In this document: in pieces, positions 6,866 through 16,845 of the stretch
Layout of the letters: each line of letters begins with the position of its first letter
Numbering within the stretch: position 1 is the stretch's first letter
Program-made: the position numbers and the translations under genes
Virus record (IMG/VR): IMGVR_UViG_3300028048_000131
Direction: 5' to 3' (one strand)
From: an uncultured virus (IMG/VR IMGVR_UViG_3300028048_000131)
Lineage: Duplodnaviria > Heunggongvirae > Uroviricota > Caudoviricetes
Length of the DNA stretch: 20,000 nt
The notes under the pieces: model-generated
The model's input: only the letters and a program-made list of their open reading frames with translations
Databases searched by the model: none
What the model was told of the DNA's origin: nothing

Positions 6866-7277
6866 TACATTCTAGTACATTCCTAAGCCGGGTAACGGTT
6901 ATGTGTACCACATAACCTCCGGCAAGAAACATTATATAGGTATCTCCACTACACCCTTCTCCAGAAGATGGGAACGCCATAAAGCTCCTGACTCAGGCTG
7001 TACAAAGCTTGTGAAGGAGCTTAATCGTCTTCGGGCTACAGGCAACTGGGCCCAACTTAATGTATAGATCCTCAAAGAAGCTCGTAATGCCCAGCTTGAC
7101 AAGCTGTAGAAGAAGTACATAAAGAAGTATGCTTCTTATAAGAGCATCTACGGAATGAACTCCACTCCGGGAGGTAGAGATGTCACTCCTGCCTCTATGC
7201 ACATGAAAAAGCTCTTCAGGAGAACTAAAAGGAAGATTCAAAAGACCCAGGAAACTTTTTCCTGGGACCTTATATAA
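6852..7277 (+). CDS. Small GIY-YIG nuclease (141 aa; TAG-recoded, catalytic Glu position encoded by TAG)
   Basis: GYVYHIT...KHYIGIS...RRWERH...LNV*ILKE...QLDKL*KKYIKKY...YGMNSTPGG. TAG at 6873, 7065 and 7107; ends TAA. Missing from the ORF track. Confidence 0.88.
7240..7266 (-). terminator. Rho-independent terminator for the minus-strand 8323-7270 genes
   Basis: CCCAGGAAA/TTTCCTGGG stem (7246-7266) followed on the minus strand by TCTTTT, 3 nt after the TAA at 7270. Confidence 0.6.
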
Positions 7278-7650
7278 ACTTCTTCAAGTACTCTATGGCC
7301 CTTATTATAATATTAGGCTTAGAAGTTCTCTACCACCATGAAGGACCATAAATAAGCTTCTTGCAATGCTTTTCCACAAAGCAGTCGATACACCTGGTTC
7401 CCACCATATTACTCTAAGGAACTCTTTTCTTGCAGACACAACATCTACACTGCTTATTTTGAAGCTTCTATTTAAGAAGCTGCAGATACTTGTTTATTTC
7501 CCCATATACCAGCTATTGATAGTAATAAATAGGCAGCCCTTTGCTGGTTATATCAATATGGTCCGGCTAGATCTAAAGAACATGCAGGATACGCCGGATC
7601 TTACTCTAGGAGACATTGTAGTGGGCTGCCATTTGAGCCCTGGTTATCAT
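7270..7650 (-). CDS. HTH plus CxxC/CxxC zinc-finger protein, putative regulator (126 aa; TAG-recoded)
   Basis: MITRAQMAAHYNVS*SKIRRILHVL...CRCCVCKKRVP*SNMVGTRCIDC...RAIEYLKKFI-TAA; TGATG overlap at the start. Confidence 0.7.
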
Positions 7651-7820
7651 CAGAAAACAAACTTATGTCCAATTACACAGCCAGCTATAAAAGCAGCTGC
7701 AATAGCTAGAATACTTAGACCGAACAGCCAGTAATTGTTTTTATTTATAATATGACGGCTGTTGATAAGAATTTTCTACAGTTCCTGTAATTTTTCGCTG
7801 TCTGTCATTTTGTCCCTCAT
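7650..7820 (-). CDS. Small membrane protein (56 aa; one TAG)
   Basis: MRDKMTDSEKLQEL*KILINSR...YWLFGLSILAIAAAFIAGCVIGHKFVF-TGA; ATGA and TGATG overlaps. Confidence 0.65.
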
Positions 7821-8323
7821 GCGTATATCAAGCTCCATCCAGTGGGAGCTTCTGTTACATTCTGATAAGCCATATATCTGGAAAGCTATATGGTATAAAT
7901 ATTGTCGTTGCTGATAGTTAAAGAATCTGTCTATACAGAGTACATGGCCCCATTGTTTGTTATAAGATCCACAGGGCGTCTCTTATTCTTTGTAGGTGTA
8001 AAATAGTACTTGCCCCCGCCGCCATCGACTACATTCACAATAGGCTCTCTGTAAGTAGCCACCAAGTCATACTGATCTGCAAGCTCCGAGACATCGAGAA
8101 CATTTATAAGATCTGCTATAGTCAGAATATGTGGCTTGTGCTTTATAAAGGAAGGCAAAGAACTGTCAGAGATATCCCAATCAGCAACATAGTTCATATA
8201 GTAGCGCTGATTAAGATGGTTCCAGTACATCTAACCTGTTTGTGTATTAAGCGCAATATACTAGGACAGCCCGTTTGTAAGCATGTCCAATCTCTATGTA
8301 TTGCCTGTGAAAAATTTAAGCAT
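7817..8323 (-). CDS. Hypothetical protein (168 aa; TAG-recoded)
   Basis: GAGGTG RBS before ATG 8323. Extends track ORF 7931..8230 through 5 TAG (8294, 8261, 8231, 7931, 7886) to TGA at 7817. Confidence 0.7.
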
Positions 8324-8354
8324 CAGATCACCTCGTTTACTAAGCTTTACAGGT

Positions 8355-8401
8355 AAAAAAGACCTCCGGCGAGAACCAAGGAGGCAGATCCTCGCCGGAG
8401 G
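8355..8401 (-). terminator. Rho-independent terminator
   Basis: 11-bp stem CCTCCGGCGAG/CTCGCCGGAGG followed on the minus strand by TCTTTTTT, downstream of the 8445..9167 gene. Confidence 0.65.
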
Positions 8402-8444
8402 AAGAAAGGAGAAAAGAGTATGAAACTCTAATCAGGAGATTTCG

Positions 8445-9167
8445 TCAAATTCCCAACAATGTTCTGAGATCTTCATAGGTCTTACATTTCTTTACAGCTG
8501 TTTTAGTAGTTGCTGCAAATTCTTCCGGATGGTTATCGGTCAAATATGCATAGAGCATGTTGTAGTCCTTGCTGTTAAGCCATCCCTCTACCTGCTCTTT
8601 TTCAGAGGGCTCTTTCTTTTCTGTGAATACAGATACTCCGTCTGCTTTGGGCAGATTATTATGAGAGGTAGAAGTGAACACATTAGAAGTCTTTTCTTCA
8701 ATAGGTTCCGCCTTGCCGTTCTTCAAAGCTACTTCTTTAATGTCGCTTTTAGCAGTCTCTTCGGTTTTCATTCCCATAGAAGCTGCCATACCTGCAGATT
8801 TCCCGGCAATAATAGTGCCTCCGCCAGAACCATTAAGATCCTTTTTCTCAGCTTTTGCAGGTTCTAGTTTAATCGGCTTTGCCTTTGGGGCTTCTTCCTG
8901 TTTTTCGATCTGGATGTTAATAGAGCCCTCCGGGGAGATCTGAATAGTGTTCTCTGAAGTCACAACCTGTGTATCAATACGCAGAGTGCCTCTCTTTACA
9001 GCGTTTTCGCATTCAATTTTATCTGCTCTACTGATAATAGAGAAAAGATCATAGGGGAGTGTAATAGTTTCTCCTCCTCGAATAGAGATTCTCTTTCCTC
9101 TTCCTGCTTTTAAAGTGTACGGGGTTCTGTTAAGATTCGTAATTGCGGTTTTTACACTGGCTACCAT
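8445..9167 (-). CDS. Hypothetical protein downstream of the major capsid gene (240 aa)
   Basis: AAAGGAG RBS, intact ORF ending TGA, no TAG; two compact regions joined by a Lys/Glu-rich linker. Confidence 0.8.
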   Translation of the reverse strand: MVASVKTAITNLNRTPYTLKAGRGKRISIRGGETITLPYDLFSIISRADKIECENAVKRGTLRIDTQVVTSENTIQISPEGSINIQIEKQEEAPKAKPIKLEPAKAEKKDLNGSGGGTIIAGKSAGMAASMGMKTEETAKSDIKEVALKNGKAEPIEEKTSNVFTSTSHNNLPKADGVSVFTEKKEPSEKEQVEGWLNSKDYNMLYAYLTDNHPEEFAATTKTAVKKCKTYEDLRTLLGI

Positions 9168-9217
9168 AAAATACTCCTTTCTGAGTTGTTGTTTATGTAA
9201 ATGTATATGTACAAGGC

Positions 9218-9249
9218 AAAAAATAAAGCCCGCAGATTTCTCCGCGGGC
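9218..9249 (-). terminator. Rho-independent terminator after the major capsid gene
   Basis: Minus strand reads GCCCGCGGA-GAAA-TCTGCGGGC-TTTATTTTTT. Confidence 0.8.
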
Positions 9250-9272
9250 CTTACTTACCGATCAGATATTAA

Positions 9273-10295
9273 TCAGTTGCTTCCGCTTTCGCTATCGGAA
9301 CCAGCCGGAATGGCATCGGTCCAGTAGGTTGCATTAGCAGCTTCGGCGGGATCTAGGCTGTAAGTAACCTTGCAGACACCAGCACGGTTGGCGATAACGC
9401 CGCCGATGGTTTCATGTGCGAAGAAGGTCAGCTCGATGTTGTCCTTTTCGTCAGTAACCATATTAACATCTTCGTAGGTGTAGAACTTGCCGTAGAATTC
9501 CGGTTCGGTGAAGATCCACTGATCATAGTAATCACAAACGGTTTCCTTGGAGGTGACGAGGACATCCAGGCCGTTGAGTTTCTGATAGCGGACGCCATCG
9601 AACAGCATATCCTGGGCCATATCGCCGCCGATTGCATCGCGACCGAAGATAGCCATCTTGTTGTACAGGATTTCGTGCATAATGGACTTCGAGGCTTTCA
9701 GTTTGCCTTTGGTCAGAGCCATACCATCCAGACCGTTGGTGAAGCCGAAGCGGTCCCAGGGCTGATAGATAGCACGACGGACACCAAATTCGGCAATCTG
9801 TGCGGACTGATCGTTCCAGTCACCGACGATGGCCTGGTTTTCAGCATGCCAGGTTTCATCTTCGACATCCATGATGTCTTTCAGCATCAGGTCGTACAGG
9901 ATGTCCAGCATCGGCATCTTGTAGCCAGTCAGACGGATTTTGTCGATGTGATATTTCGGAGTCATGATCCGATTGAATTCACAACGCATTTTACGTCCGT
10001 TGAAGGTTGCTCCGGTGGTCGGGGCTTCGAAGGACACCATGCTGGCGCCTTCGGAGTTGAAGTCCAGTTCAACGATCATGCTCGGCAGATCGGAAACTTC
10101 GTTGACATCGAAGTCATCGGCAGTAACTTGTACCGGGGGAAGCAGTTTGCGGTAAACTGCATTCTCACGAATACGGGTACGGAAATAGGTGGTACCAGGC
10201 AGCCCAGCTGTCTTTACCATAGTAGAGTCATTGCTCAGGAGCTTGTCTTTGAATTCCTGATCAATAGCTTTAATCTGTTCAGAAGTGTAAGCCAT
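9273..10295 (-). CDS. Major capsid protein (probable HK97 fold; 340 aa)
   Basis: Size, position after protease-scaffold-decoration genes, high-expression-like codon bias, own terminator, and motifs RIRENAVYRKLLPP and KDIMDVED resembling large-phage capsid proteins. No TAG; ends TGA. Confidence 0.78.
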   Translation of the reverse strand: MAYTSEQIKAIDQEFKDKLLSNDSTMVKTAGLPGTTYFRTRIRENAVYRKLLPPVQVTADDFDVNEVSDLPSMIVELDFNSEGASMVSFEAPTTGATFNGRKMRCEFNRIMTPKYHIDKIRLTGYKMPMLDILYDLMLKDIMDVEDETWHAENQAIVGDWNDQSAQIAEFGVRRAIYQPWDRFGFTNGLDGMALTKGKLKASKSIMHEILYNKMAIFGRDAIGGDMAQDMLFDGVRYQKLNGLDVLVTSKETVCDYYDQWIFTEPEFYGKFYTYEDVNMVTDEKDNIELTFFAHETIGGVIANRAGVCKVTYSLDPAEAANATYWTDAIPAGSDSESGSN

Positions 10296-10315
10296 ATTTC
10301 TTATTCCTGTGTTAT

Positions 10316-10334
10316 GGGGCCTTATACAGGCCCC
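10316..10334. promoter_or_regulatory. Intergenic GC hairpin just upstream of the capsid gene RBS
   Basis: GGGGCCT-TATAC-AGGCCCC; the T-tract follows only on the + strand. May stabilise capsid mRNA or stop antisense transcription. Confidence 0.45.
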
Positions 10335-10349
10335 TTTTGTTTACTTAGA

Positions 10350-10937
10350 TCAAGCCTTGCCCGGGAAGAACACGGTCCAGAAGCAGAGACGATTGTTACC
10401 TTCGCCGTTCACATTGAAGGAAGCTTTGGAACGGAAGGGAACCCGACTGACGATACCGACGATGGTCTCGTTGCCATAGATGGTCTGAGAACCAGCTGCG
10501 GTAACTTTACCGGTATCAGCTGCTTTCAGGGCAGTGTTTACGGTGTAGTCAGCAGCAGCATCAAATTCGGAGGTTTCCAGTTCAAAACCGCCAGTGGCAA
10601 CATAAGCCGGGAGACGGCCACCAACCAGAGAAGTAGCCAGGACTTCACCGGTCTTTGCGCCGACCGCGCCAGTCATCACATCCGGATCGAAGGCGTTCTT
10701 GCGGGAGAACATTGCCATCGGATACTTGTTTCCGCTGCCTTTCGGGCATCCCAGTTTGAATTTGCCTTCGGCGTTCAGGGACACAACGGACCCACGGACG
10801 ATTTTTGCTGCGCTATCAGAAGCAGCTTCACTCAGAGGCGCAGTAAAGATCAGCTGGTTGGAGACTTCCAGATCGCCAGCCTTTACATCGCAGTAGTTTT
10901 CATACTGCTGATTCACTGTTCTAGTAATTTTAGCCAT
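10350..10937 (-). CDS. Probable capsid decoration/cement protein (195 aa)
   Basis: Gly/Ala/Val-rich beta-type sequence (IVRGSVVSLNAEGKFKLG, GGFELETSEFD, IVGIVS) immediately upstream of the capsid gene; no TAG. Confidence 0.62.
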   Translation of the reverse strand: MAKITRTVNQQYENYCDVKAGDLEVSNQLIFTAPLSEAASDSAAKIVRGSVVSLNAEGKFKLGCPKGSGNKYPMAMFSRKNAFDPDVMTGAVGAKTGEVLATSLVGGRLPAYVATGGFELETSEFDAAADYTVNTALKAADTGKVTAAGSQTIYGNETIVGIVSRVPFRSKASFNVNGEGNNRLCFWTVFFPGKA

Positions 10938-10949
10938 TTTTTATTCCTT

Positions 10950-11357
10950 TTAGTTCAATGTGAGACCTAGTTCTTTGGCAACTTCTGCATAAGCTCTCTC
11001 CCTTTCATTCATGGGAGCTTCGCTTTTTCCGATCAGAGTGCCTCCATCCAGGTTCACAGATTCAGTCTTTATAAGGGTACTAGCGTCTGCGGCTTTCTTG
11101 CAGAGAGCTGTAATCACTCGAAGGGAAGCGTTCGGGTCAGCACCAAGCAGACGCATAGATTCATCTGCCTGATCTTCACTAAGGCTTCCCATCTTCACGA
11201 GAGCTTCTACAGACTCTTTCAGAAGGACCGGATCAGCAAAGCTAGCCTGCTTCTTAAGCAGCAGGGAATTCTGAAGGTGAGAGATCTCCTCTTCATATTT
11301 CCTACACTGCTCAGTAGCATCCAATGCAATCTGTTTCCAGTCTTCTGCCATGATCAT
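10950..11357 (-). CDS. Helical head-assembly/scaffold-like protein (135 aa)
   Basis: ATGA overlap with the upstream gene, coiled-coil-like N-terminus, KKQAS motif, ends TAA, no TAG. Confidence 0.65.
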   Translation of the reverse strand: MIMAEDWKQIALDATEQCRKYEEEISHLQNSLLLKKQASFADPVLLKESVEALVKMGSLSEDQADESMRLLGADPNASLRVITALCKKAADASTLIKTESVNLDGGTLIGKSEAPMNERERAYAEVAKELGLTLN

Positions 11358-12661
11358 GCCTTCTTGGAAAGAACTTTCATCAGGTTCGCGCCGCGGCGGG
11401 TAGAAGCCAGCTTGACAAGAGTCTGCTGACGCGCATCTTTGACAGCTGCATGATAAGCAGCCTCTTTTCCCATATCTTCAGCAGGAGCTTCTTCCTTAGC
11501 AGGCTCTTCAGCAGGTGCTTCTGCCGGAGCTTCCGGAGCAGCTTCTCCACCTTCACCTTCCATCTCAGCAGCAACAGCCTGAATTACTTCTTCAGGAGAG
11601 ATGCCCTGCTTGGCAGCTTCATCGAGAATCTGCTGGGCCTGGGCCATGTCTTCTTCGGAGGGCTCTTCATCGCCTTCGCCGGCTCCCATCAGTTCCTGGG
11701 CAGCTGCTTCAAGCAGCACTTCAGGTTCGACACCCATCTGTTCAGCAGCATCAACAACATCGCTGACAGCCTGTGCAATATCATCACCGGAGACCGGCTG
11801 ACCGAGCATTTCAGAAACCTGAGCAGCTGTTTCATCGAGACCATCCATAAAGGCAGCTTGTTCCTGTTCGGCACCAGCCAGATCAGAGAGGGCTTCGCCT
11901 TCAGCTTCGGCCTGTATTTCGGCGGCAGCTTCCGGATCCTCTGCAACAGCCGCATCAAGTGCAGCAGCGGCATCTTCCGGGGACATTTCATTTTCAGCTG
12001 CAAGGGCATCAATTTCAGCAGCCTGTTTTTCCATCAGCTTATGTTCAACTGCAATATTGAACAGCGGATTAGTTTCCTGCAGCTTCTGGAAAGAGACCTG
12101 GATATCGCTAGCAATTTTAATAAAATCTTCTTCAGATTTAACATCATTCAGAGAAGCAATCTTATGCAGAACTTCAGTAGCGGTAGTAACTTCTTCTTCC
12201 TTGGCGGAAGCTTCTTTCTTCAGCTGTTCTTCTTTGGCTTTTTCTTCAGCTGCTTTCAGGGCAGCTTCTTTAGCCATTTCAGACTTTACAACAGATTCGA
12301 TCCGAGTACGGAAAGCAGCGGATTTGACTACTTCCGCCGGGGTACCGGCAGGGGTTCCGCACGGGTACATTTTGTCAACAGCAGTACCGGTTTCAGCCAG
12401 TACTTTTTCAGCCTTCTTGTCATCATCGCCTTCGATCTTCTTATCAGCGATTTCAACAGTGCCTTTCAGTTCGGCATCAACAGATTTGTCGGAAGCATAA
12501 TTGCCCTTAGTGGCAGACTCAGTTTCCTTCTGCATCTGATCGCCAATAGCAGGCTGTGCAGCATCCAGCTGCTTGTGTGTAATTTCCTGTGCTTCTTTCT
12601 TCAGGACACCGGCAGCATCTGCAAGCGCCATGAGATGAGCAGCTCTTTTACTAATTCCCAT
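11354..12661 (-). CDS. Acidic Ala/Glu-rich scaffold protein (435 aa)
   Basis: Very acidic and helical, located between the protease and capsid genes; more than 60 Glu, all encoded by GAA/GAG; many K-x-A-[AS] motifs. Confidence 0.7.
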   Translation of the reverse strand: MGISKRAAHLMALADAAGVLKKEAQEITHKQLDAAQPAIGDQMQKETESATKGNYASDKSVDAELKGTVEIADKKIEGDDDKKAEKVLAETGTAVDKMYPCGTPAGTPAEVVKSAAFRTRIESVVKSEMAKEAALKAAEEKAKEEQLKKEASAKEEEVTTATEVLHKIASLNDVKSEEDFIKIASDIQVSFQKLQETNPLFNIAVEHKLMEKQAAEIDALAAENEMSPEDAAAALDAAVAEDPEAAAEIQAEAEGEALSDLAGAEQEQAAFMDGLDETAAQVSEMLGQPVSGDDIAQAVSDVVDAAEQMGVEPEVLLEAAAQELMGAGEGDEEPSEEDMAQAQQILDEAAKQGISPEEVIQAVAAEMEGEGGEAAPEAPAEAPAEEPAKEEAPAEDMGKEAAYHAAVKDARQQTLVKLASTRRGANLMKVLSKKA

Positions 12662-12696
12662 ATTAATGGTTCCTTTTTCAGTTAAGGGTACTGTTA

Positions 12697-14217
12697 TTAA
12701 GGGTTTACCGTTCTGTAACGGGCCAGTTTCTGCATGGCCAGATTACAGGTATCTTCACTATTACGAGCAGCAAAACTCAGTACATATCTTGCATAAGTTC
12801 TGCGGAACTCCTAACCAACCAAACTTGCTGTTTTCTAAATGTCCTCCTTCTCCTTTTCTTCTTTTTCAGTCTCCTATTTCTAGGATTCCTTCTAAGGTTC
12901 CTTATCGGACTCTTTGAGTTTCTCAACAAATTCTTTTTTATTGTCTTCTGTTTCCTGCTTGCCGGGAGCTCCCAGATGGATCTCAATACGAATAGATCTT
13001 CCGTTGAGAGCCGGTCTGCTGATACCCATATCAGGTACGAAGCTCTCCAGAACATTGGCAAGATTCAGATCTGCAGGAAGGGCTGTATCAAAGCTGCCAT
13101 CCAGCATATGCCCTCTGAACTGAGGATCATTTTCCATGTCCTGCATGAGATGCTCACAATCGCAGGGGCAGTTATCAGCGAACATGTCAAAGAAAGCCTT
13201 TTCGGGAGACTCCTTCCCCATCAACTTAAATAAAGCTCTCGGGGAAAGCAAGATAGCTTTTCTATTACATTGATCAAGAACTTCATCGGCATCAAAATTC
13301 TATACCGCGTGTAGAAAATCATCTTCTACATTCTTGTCATCTACAAACAGCGGATCATCCTAAGTCTTACAAAGAATCTCTTTCTAGATCTTAGAAAGCT
13401 TTGAAAGAGTAGCTGCAATTTTATTAAAAGAGATAGAAGGACGGAATCCGTTCATAAGGTACTTAGAAGAAATTGCTTCCTAAGCCTTTTCCCCAGAAGC
13501 GACTTTTCTAAGCACATATGCCATAGTGTCTGCAGGAACATTCACACCGGAGATATCATAGAACTTAGGATTATCATTGATCATGGCCACTCTGGTACCG
13601 TCTTCAAGAAGGAGCCCTGCATGTTTCTTAATGTGCTAGCAGTGCTCATCAAGAGTGTGCGCACGATGCCCACATGCGGTACAGGCGTCCGTTTGGACGG
13701 TACAGCCAATAGAAAGGAAAATGTCCTGTCCAGAGGCTCTCTTATGAAGACGCTCCGCCCACTTATCTGCATCAACTTCTATAAGAAGCTATCCTCTGTG
13801 CATAGGTTCGTTATACACAGCCGCCTTTACAATACCGGAAGGAGCTTCGTCTGTACGATGCTCTTGATATACATAAGCTCCATCAAGATATGTCTTATGA
13901 CAGTTCTTCAATCCATCTCCCACATGCACTGTAAGAGAAGCTTCTTTTGCAAGAGGCGGATGGAAGTCATAAGGGCCTTCATTATAAGCATCGTTATTAC
14001 GATTGGGACCAAATACTTCAGAGGCACATGTAGTAATAACATGCAGATAAGCTTTCTTTTCGATAGGCTTCAGCTCTTTGATTTCTTTTTCAAAGGCTGC
14101 TGCCCGTTTCTGCATAGAAGCTGTCTTATCGAGCCCTCTGGAGCTCACTTTGAGGATCTCTACAGGAGTATCTCCACGAAGGTCCTATGAATTGGGAACA
14201 ATTGTTTTATATAGCAT
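12697..14217 (-). CDS. Probable prohead maturation protease (506 aa; TAG-recoded)
   Basis: Track ORFs 13789..14148 and 12892..13251 are one frame, from ATG 14217 to tandem TAA TAA at 12697/12694. Motifs FGPNRNNDAY, VYQEH, MHRG*LLI, LSIGCTV..DACTACG...EHC*HIK and FYDISGVNVPAD; lies ahead of scaffold and capsid genes. Confidence 0.75.
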
Positions 14218-14218
14218 A

Positions 14219-15952
14219 TTAGTTGCCTTTCCCAAGAAGAACATCCTGCTGATATCTTTCAGGATGTGCGGCATAATACTGCTGCAAGGACTGCAGTAAA
14301 GCTGCTTTCTGTTTAGAATCCAACTGATTCAGAGAAGGCTTGCCTTTAAACTTAAGCTGTGTACCTGCGCGACGGACAGCTTGAATATTTGACTTATTGA
14401 GAAGATTCTTTTTAACAGTATCCTGGAACTGCTTAATATAAGCTTCAGTAGCTTTGACTTCTTCTCTGCGACGAGCTTCGTAATCTTTTTCCTACTCCTA
14501 CTTATCGGTCTTGATCTTATCCAGAACAGCATCAAAGTCTTTACCAAGATCTTTTTCAAGCAGCCCGTGAGGAGCCACATTGGCAAGTGCCCCGGAGATA
14601 GAAGGAAGAACTTCCGACAGGCTTTTTCCTTTGGTCTCTGCCTAAGGTTTCTTGGAGGCAACTGTTTCAGGAGCCAGTTCTTTACGCTTCTCCTCTGTCT
14701 AAGTAACCTTCTTAAGAATGTCCGCAGTAGCAGCAAGGTCCGCTTTATTGGTGCGATTCCCTGCAAGCAGTCTGGAAGCTACTTCAGCTTTCAGATATTC
14801 ACGCATACGAGGACTTGCCATATCCTGATTAGTGGCAATAGTATCTTCGACAGCTTTTTCGATTTCAGCTGCAGGATACTGGGCAAAATCAGGATTGGCC
14901 AGCATATCGATAAGACGCATGCGTTTGTCCTGATATTTATCCTTGCTGAGAAGCTAAAGAGAAATAGCTTCCTACGGAGAGTATCCTTTAGAGGGATTCA
15001 GAAAAGGGGCGGACTGCCCGAGGATACTTTCGGACTGCCCAACCACTCCCTTCGTACCCGCTAACAGCGCATTTACAGGAACACTTACAGCATTTGCTGC
15101 AATGTCCTTCAACATAGTATAGCCAGGCCCTACAGCTTCTTTACAGAGGGCTAACTTTTTCAGCTTGCCTTCGATCTCCACAGCTTCTTTAGCCATTCTG
15201 CGAACACTTGCAGTCTTCATCATAAGAAGATCTCTCTTGGTGTCCACTATATCGGACTGCTGAATGGTCTTCTCAACGTACTCGACAACAGGAGACTTTG
15301 GAAGGATAGCATAAGCTGCGTGCTTCTTCAGGGCCTCCTCTGGAACTTTCCCTGTAAAGAGCTTATTATAAGTATCTCCATAAACAGTTGCCAGAAGCTT
15401 TGCTGTTTTAACATCGCCAGAGAGCATTTCAGCTGCACGCTTTACCATCCGTTCCAGCTGCTAGTTTTCCCGAAGGAAAGTATCGTGCTGTTCCTGGAAA
15501 GCGGCTTCTTCTTTGATCATATAATCTTCGAGTCTCTGGAGGAGCTGCAGAGGAGTGACTTCCTTGACAGGCTGTTCCTGCTTGGGAACTGAAGCGGCTT
15601 TTTTAAGTTCGGCCTTATGCACTTCAAAGACAAAAGGAGTGTTTACAGAAGCTGCTTTGGAAAGACCTTCTTCACATCCTCGTATAGAAGCTACTTTATT
15701 GAAGTCCGCCAGAGGAAAGTCCTCGGCCTTTTCACTTTCAGGGCGCTTACCGATAGTAACTACAGAGATCCTTCGATTGAAAGCCTGTGTAGCTGTCTTG
15801 GTCAGCTCCTTGGGAACATTGGATTCTGTGAGCTGTTTGGCGAGAATCTCACTTCTGTCCTGATCGGAGGCCAGCGCCATAGAGGCTGCCTTCTAAATAG
15901 CATCCGTGAGCTTGAATTCAGTAATTCTGTCCAGTTTTTTCAGGTCTTCCAT
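14219..15952 (-). CDS. Large helical putative head-internal protein (577 aa; TAG-recoded)
   Basis: Track ORFs 15461..15880, 14972..15448 and 14699..14920 share one frame separated only by TAG. Runs from ATG 15952 to TAA 14219, 1 nt from the next ATG; many K-x-A-[AS] motifs. Confidence 0.78.
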
Positions 15953-15953
15953 A

Positions 15954-16832
15954 TCAGGCCTTTTCCTCTTTATGTGTAATTTTCTATATTACCTAATTAG
16001 TGGGATCGTTTCCGGTAGAAGCTGTGATTTCGACTTGAGTATATGTACGTACGCTGGCATCAAGTCCGGAGGCAATAGTGTCCATCAAGCCCTCCTGGCC
16101 CTAGGAAGTATCCTGCTTATTCTAAAGAATAAATGCATGATCCTCGCGGTTTTTCATAGCTTGCTACATTGACGATACATATATCTAGATAGGCACGTTA
16201 AGATTCTGTGCCATATAATCGAACAGTTGTTTGTTTCTGGCATCTCTCCACATAGCCTACATAGCTTCTTTGGCACTTTTCCCGGAGTTACCGAAGCGGA
16301 GACTGTGCAGAGCTGCTTCCAAAGAGTGATAGTGAGCAAGTGCTCTGGCTCTGAAGAGGTTCATAGACTTACCCTGTCTGGCAGGCTATAGAAGCATCTG
16401 CTAGAACCATTCGGCAATTCCCTGCACTCCCTGAAGATCGCAGAAAAGATCTGCATACATCTTTGCCTGTACAGGTGAGAGCCATTTAAGCTTCTGGGAA
16501 GTTTTCTAAGGAGTAAGTCCGTATATGATACAGGCCTATAGAGCAGCTTTCAGCTGGGAGCTGTTATCCATGCTTCCCAGCATCATAACCTGCCAGGCAT
16601 CCGGATACTTGGCTCTAATGAACTATCTGCTGGAAAGATTCCTGCAAGCTCTTTGTATACGGGCAAAATAAAGAACTATGGGCTAGTAAGTAACCAGACA
16701 CGCTTTATCTTTCATGTCTGACAGTGCAAGCTTCTGTGCTTCCTGCCAGCGCCAGTCCGGGGCACGCAAAAAAGAGTCCCGAGTGAACTCAGGGCTCTTT
16801 TTGAAAGGTGCTTTTTCGTTACTTACAGGCAT
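15954..16832 (-). CDS. Hypothetical protein (292 aa; heavily TAG-recoded, absent from the ORF track)
   Basis: AGGA RBS and ATG 16832: MPVSNEKAPFKKSPEFTRDSFLRAPDWRWQEA...LKAAL*ACII...N*VI*KITHKEEKA-TGA. About a dozen TAG; exactly fills the gap between its neighbours. Confidence 0.75.
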
Positions 16833-16845
16833 TGTTCCTAGGCCA

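Noticed and set aside
6126..7277. Group I intron splitting an nrdD gene around the HNH or GIY-YIG ORFs
   Set aside because: No upstream nrdD exon and no recognisable intron core; the ORFs overlap directly, leaving no room for one.
9414..10970. 518-aa plus-strand ORF
   Set aside because: Antisense shadow of the codon-biased capsid and decoration genes; it crosses their intergenic region and has no recognisable motif.
11450..12685. 411-aa Phe/Ser-rich plus-strand ORF
   Set aside because: Reverse complement of the GAA/GCT-rich scaffold gene.
13621..15064. Plus-strand ORFs 13621..14190 and 14567..15064
   Set aside because: Antisense to the recoded protease and 577-aa genes, which tile the region completely.
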